From assembly GCA_964016885.1 (NCBI GenBank), contig OZ024743.1:15066001-15130000 (forward strand): a stretch of 64,000 nucleotides of DNA. Direction: 5' to 3'. Below are positions 60,501 to 64,000 of this stretch, piece by piece. The notes beneath the pieces are model-generated. The model did not search any database and was not told the origin of the DNA. It saw only the letters and a program-made list of their open reading frames with translations. The stretch's first letter is position 1, and each line of letters opens with the position of its first letter. Position numbers and translations under genes: made by a program. This DNA is from Eledone cirrhosa. Its lineage: Eukaryota.

Positions 60501-60940
60501 GTTGCTTTTGTTTTTGATGCTCCAGCGTAGTTTTGTAAATGATTTTTCTATTTCTGACAGACAACTAATCATATTTACCTTCTTGAATGTCGCAAATTTC
60601 GGCGGCAAACATAACACAGACATTTCATCATTATCTATTTTTGCGTTCCCATATATGTTGGTGTTTTTGTTGTTGACCTCTTCTGATAATGAGGTGTCGG
60701 CCATGTTGATACCGTCAATTTTGTCGGGATATCTATTGGTATACTCTATAGTATCCTGATTTAGCTTTGCCTGTTTAAGCCACTTTAGTTTCCTGTTAAA
60801 GTGCTTATCACATTCTTGAGTAATATACTGTTCTTCAGGGCGTATAAGGCTTATAAATATTAGTTTCTCTGTTGGTGTGGTGATCCTAGCTATTTCTTGT
60901 ATTAGGTTACGCTTTTGTTTTTCTTGATGACTTAATTGTG
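57588..60940 (-). pseudogene. PLE reverse transcriptase + GIY-YIG endonuclease (few frameshifts)
   Basis: LCLPPKF..KLRW, PTDKSG, YGLQKDHK, RPVCG, SMDVVSLYPSID, GAAIG, YSRYVDD, VLD, HYAKPM, C..KKC..C, NVVYSIRC...YIGET..ER..EH. The 626-aa open stretch is 58205-60085. Confidence 0.9.
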
Positions 60941-61507
60941 TGTTTTCATTTTGTCCTTAATTGTAAGTTCTGATGTTGCTGTTCCACTCATATTTTCTAT
61001 TTAATTTTGGTTGTAATTCTTTTATGTTTATTGCCTCTGTAATTTGTCTAAACATTGCATCTTTTCTGTGTGTAGATTCTATTTTTATTTCTATGTTCTC
61101 TAATTTACCCTTGTGTTCTATCTTAGCATTTTGGTAGAGTACAGATGATTCTTTATTATCTTGAAGGTCTCGCCAGTTTTCATTTATCCGTTCCCCTATA
61201 CTACGAGCTGTCTCACCTATGTACACTATATTTTTGTTTCTACATTGTCCTTCAGTATATCTTATGCTATACACTACATTTCTAGTTTTACAGTTAATAT
61301 GGGGGCTTATTTTACAGGTTATACAATCAGAGAGATAGAATCAGAGTGTATAGAGGAGCCAGAACCAAATGGGAAAAAATTGTAAATAATGACATAAATG
61401 GGACCTACCCCTTGTACAGGAGCAAATTTTGGAATAGAATAGAAAGAACTAGGAACAAGGCCAATAGAATAAACTCATGATATGATAGCAATAAATACCA
61501 GAGTGTA

Positions 61508-62041
61508 ATGTTCATCGACACAACCCCTAGAGGTGAACTAGCCTACAAATTTAGAAGGGCCCTAAATAAACATAAAATCTATATTAAGATAGTAGAAAGA
61601 CCAGGTACCTCCGTAAAAACACTTATTATCAAGACATACCCGTTCCAAAGACCCTCATGTATAGATAAGAAATGTATAACCTGTAAAATAAGCCCCCATA
61701 TTAACTGTAAAACTAGAAATGTAGTGTATAGCATAAGATGTACTGAAGGACAATGTAGAAACAAAAATATAGTGTACATAGGTGAGACAGCTCGTAGTAT
61801 AGGGGAACGGATAAATGAACACTGGCGAGACCTTCAAGATAATAAAGAATCATCTGTACTCTACCAACATGCTAAGATAGAACACAAGGGTAAATTAGAG
61901 AACATAGAAATAAAAATAGAATCTACACACAGGAAAGATGCAATGTTTAGACAAATTACAGAGGCAATAAACATAAACGAATTACAACCAAAATTAAATA
62001 GAAAATATGAGTGGAACAGCAACATCAGAACTTACAACTAA
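61508..62041 (+). CDS. GIY-YIG endonuclease domain in the inverted PLE copy (open frame)
   Basis: 177-aa ORF with C..C linker, VVY...YIG, R..EH and E...N motifs. Confidence 0.7.
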   Translation: MFIDTTPRGELAYKFRRALNKHKIYIKIVERPGTSVKTLIIKTYPFQRPSCIDKKCITCKISPHINCKTRNVVYSIRCTEGQCRNKNIVYIGETARSIGERINEHWRDLQDNKESSVLYQHAKIEHKGKLENIEIKIESTHRKDAMFRQITEAININELQPKLNRKYEWNSNIRTYN

Positions 62042-62241
62042 GGACAAAATGAAAACACACACACACATAGAACAAACAACCAATAACATGTAAATAAATA
62101 AACAAATAGATAAATGAACACACACGCACACAGACACCCGGATGTGGCGCATGCGCAAACTGAGCACACAACACACACACAGAAACAAAATGGCGTAGGA
62201 CAGAAGAAAGGAAAGGCACAGAAACAAAGAAAGGAATCCCC

Positions 62242-62286
62242 AGTCACTGAAGAGGTCACATAGTGTGTGACGAAAGGACTATGACT
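62242..62286 (+). ncRNA. Hammerhead motif in inverted pLTR
   Basis: agtca-CTGAAGA-ggtcaca tagtg tgtgac-GAAA-ggac-TA-tgact. Confidence 0.7.
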
Positions 62287-62862
62287 ATATATAAACAACT
62301 ATCTGGTTGTGGAACCAACCAACCAACCAGAAATTTATAAATTTGTAGATTTGTAAATTTATAAATTTATAAATATATAATAAATTGAAGTGAAAGCAAC
62401 TGGTGCGTGTGTTTCTTATTGGTAACATGACCCTCCCAAAGTATAACAATATATATATATATATATCAGGGAATGGGGTTATGCGTGTGTGTGTAAAAAA
62501 TATCCATTGGTGTGAAAAGGGAAGTAGGAAAAACAGTGCTCAAGTGGGAAGAGAGTTTATAAATCTCATATAACCATCTGAAGATTAGGTCACAAGTCAT
62601 TGCATGGAGGCAACATTACGTAATCACCACCACAGATATACGCATTGCAGCGAATTACTTGAATAAAATGAATTATTGAAATGTAGTATTCGCTTTGTAA
62701 TATTATTCAGCGTATACGCCAACCTGGTTATAGTGATAGGAAGGCTACATCAAACTTTCAGTGTTTTATCCTATTTTCACCATTGTTATTGATTGATTGT
62801 TGTGTTGAAAACGCAACCCCAGTTAGTCAACATTTTATCACACACGTTTATAAACACACACA

Positions 62863-62919
<57 letters not shown>

Positions 62920-63879
62920 AACCAATCCCATTTTTGAAAGGTCAAGCAGATATTATTATTATATATTTATTTTATTTGTTTTTGTAAATATGTTACCTTA
63001 AATTGAACAGCTTCAATGCAGTGTTTTTACGATCGAAAATTATTAAACAAGCTTGGCATATCAATCCCTGTAAACGTAAATATTAGACTGGACAGCATTA
63101 CCTGTGGAACTCGAAACCACATCTGCAAGATGCCTGGTGAGTCTGCTACAAGTTACATCTAATATACAGACACATTATTTCGTTAATTAAGGAATGAATT
63201 GTAAAGTTGTTTTTTTCAGTTATTCATTCTGTACAGATAAACACAAAAACAATATGCTTTTGCCTTACGGGGCTCATCCCCACTTTATTACACGATTCTG
63301 CTAACAAAGGATTATATATATATATTGCTATATATGTTCAACAGAATGTAGAACTTAAATCAAAGAGCAAATATAATGCTCATGGCAAACATTTATTTCA
63401 AAATATAATCATGTTGCAAGTGCGTATACCAAACGCGGTTGATTTTAGGGAGATTTAGAAAAACTGTACTGTAAGAATATTTACCTTCTTTCATGAAGCC
63501 TCGATGTGAAAATAATTACGTGTAAAAGAGTTCAATCATACGCTTCTACACAGATAAGCAGGATAGTATAGCTTCAAGTGTTTCATGGATTTTAGTGTAT
63601 TCAACAGAAACGAACTAACCCTATAATTCTAATTAAAGGAATATATATCGGTAGCAATTTATGTCAATATGGGTAGTGTACAAAAAACTAACAGGAAAAG
63701 AACATTGAGTTTGTTTGGACATAGTTGGAGTACAGTATCACAACTATTTGCAAGAGTAAAAAGATAGCCATGAGGTAAATACATTGTAGACGATGAAAAT
63801 TATCTAGTTAACATAATTCGGGGAATAAACCTGATATAGGCCGAACACACAAAAGTTTGGAAGAAAATATATAAGTATT

Positions 63880-63938
<59 letters not shown>

Positions 63939-64000
63939 GTGAATCATCGAAAAACATAAAGAATTCCACACCCATATAAATGGACTCAACACGAATATTA

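Larger units (their letters stand above)
57125..62448 (-). mobile_element. Penelope-like element with partial tandem pLTR and long inverted 5' copy
   Basis: Main copy ~60940-57125 on minus, upstream partial GIY-YIG repeat 61323-60945 on minus, and inverted copy 61325-62448 on plus. Microsatellites on both flanks. Confidence 0.9.

Overview
AT-rich, microsatellite-saturated eukaryotic (animal) DNA. The tRNA-SINE family and (TA)n/(CA)n load suggest a cephalopod such as Octopus, but that is inference. No convincing host protein-coding gene is present, and most ORF-track entries are microsatellite artefacts (IY/CV/HT/E/T/V runs). The window is dense with decayed mobile elements, many inserted in (TA)n tracts. 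There are at least seven Penelope-like retroelements (PLEs): Neptune-like RT+GIY-YIG elements at 25.0-30.0 and 57.1-62.4 kb with inverted pseudo-LTRs, Hydra-like ones at 11.5-13.2, 17.6-21.7 and 45.6-47.8 kb, and older remnants. Also present are a hAT-like DNA transposon, a mariner remnant, a non-autonomous Helitron, a Tx1/L1 remnant, RTE remnants and tRNA-SINEs with TSDs. The most interesting signal is non-coding. About 15 minimal type I hammerhead ribozyme (HHR) motifs can be read by eye. They include a 465-bp ORF-less tandem unit with one HHR per repeat (retrozyme-like, a candidate circRNA producer) that carries its own (TA)n tract and has itself been invaded by a PLE. They also include a fold-back element with two divergent HHRs and a core-variant HHR (UUGAAAA/GCAA). 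An RTE-derived element additionally has a candidate HDV-like ribozyme at its 5' end. All calls are by eye; no searches were run.
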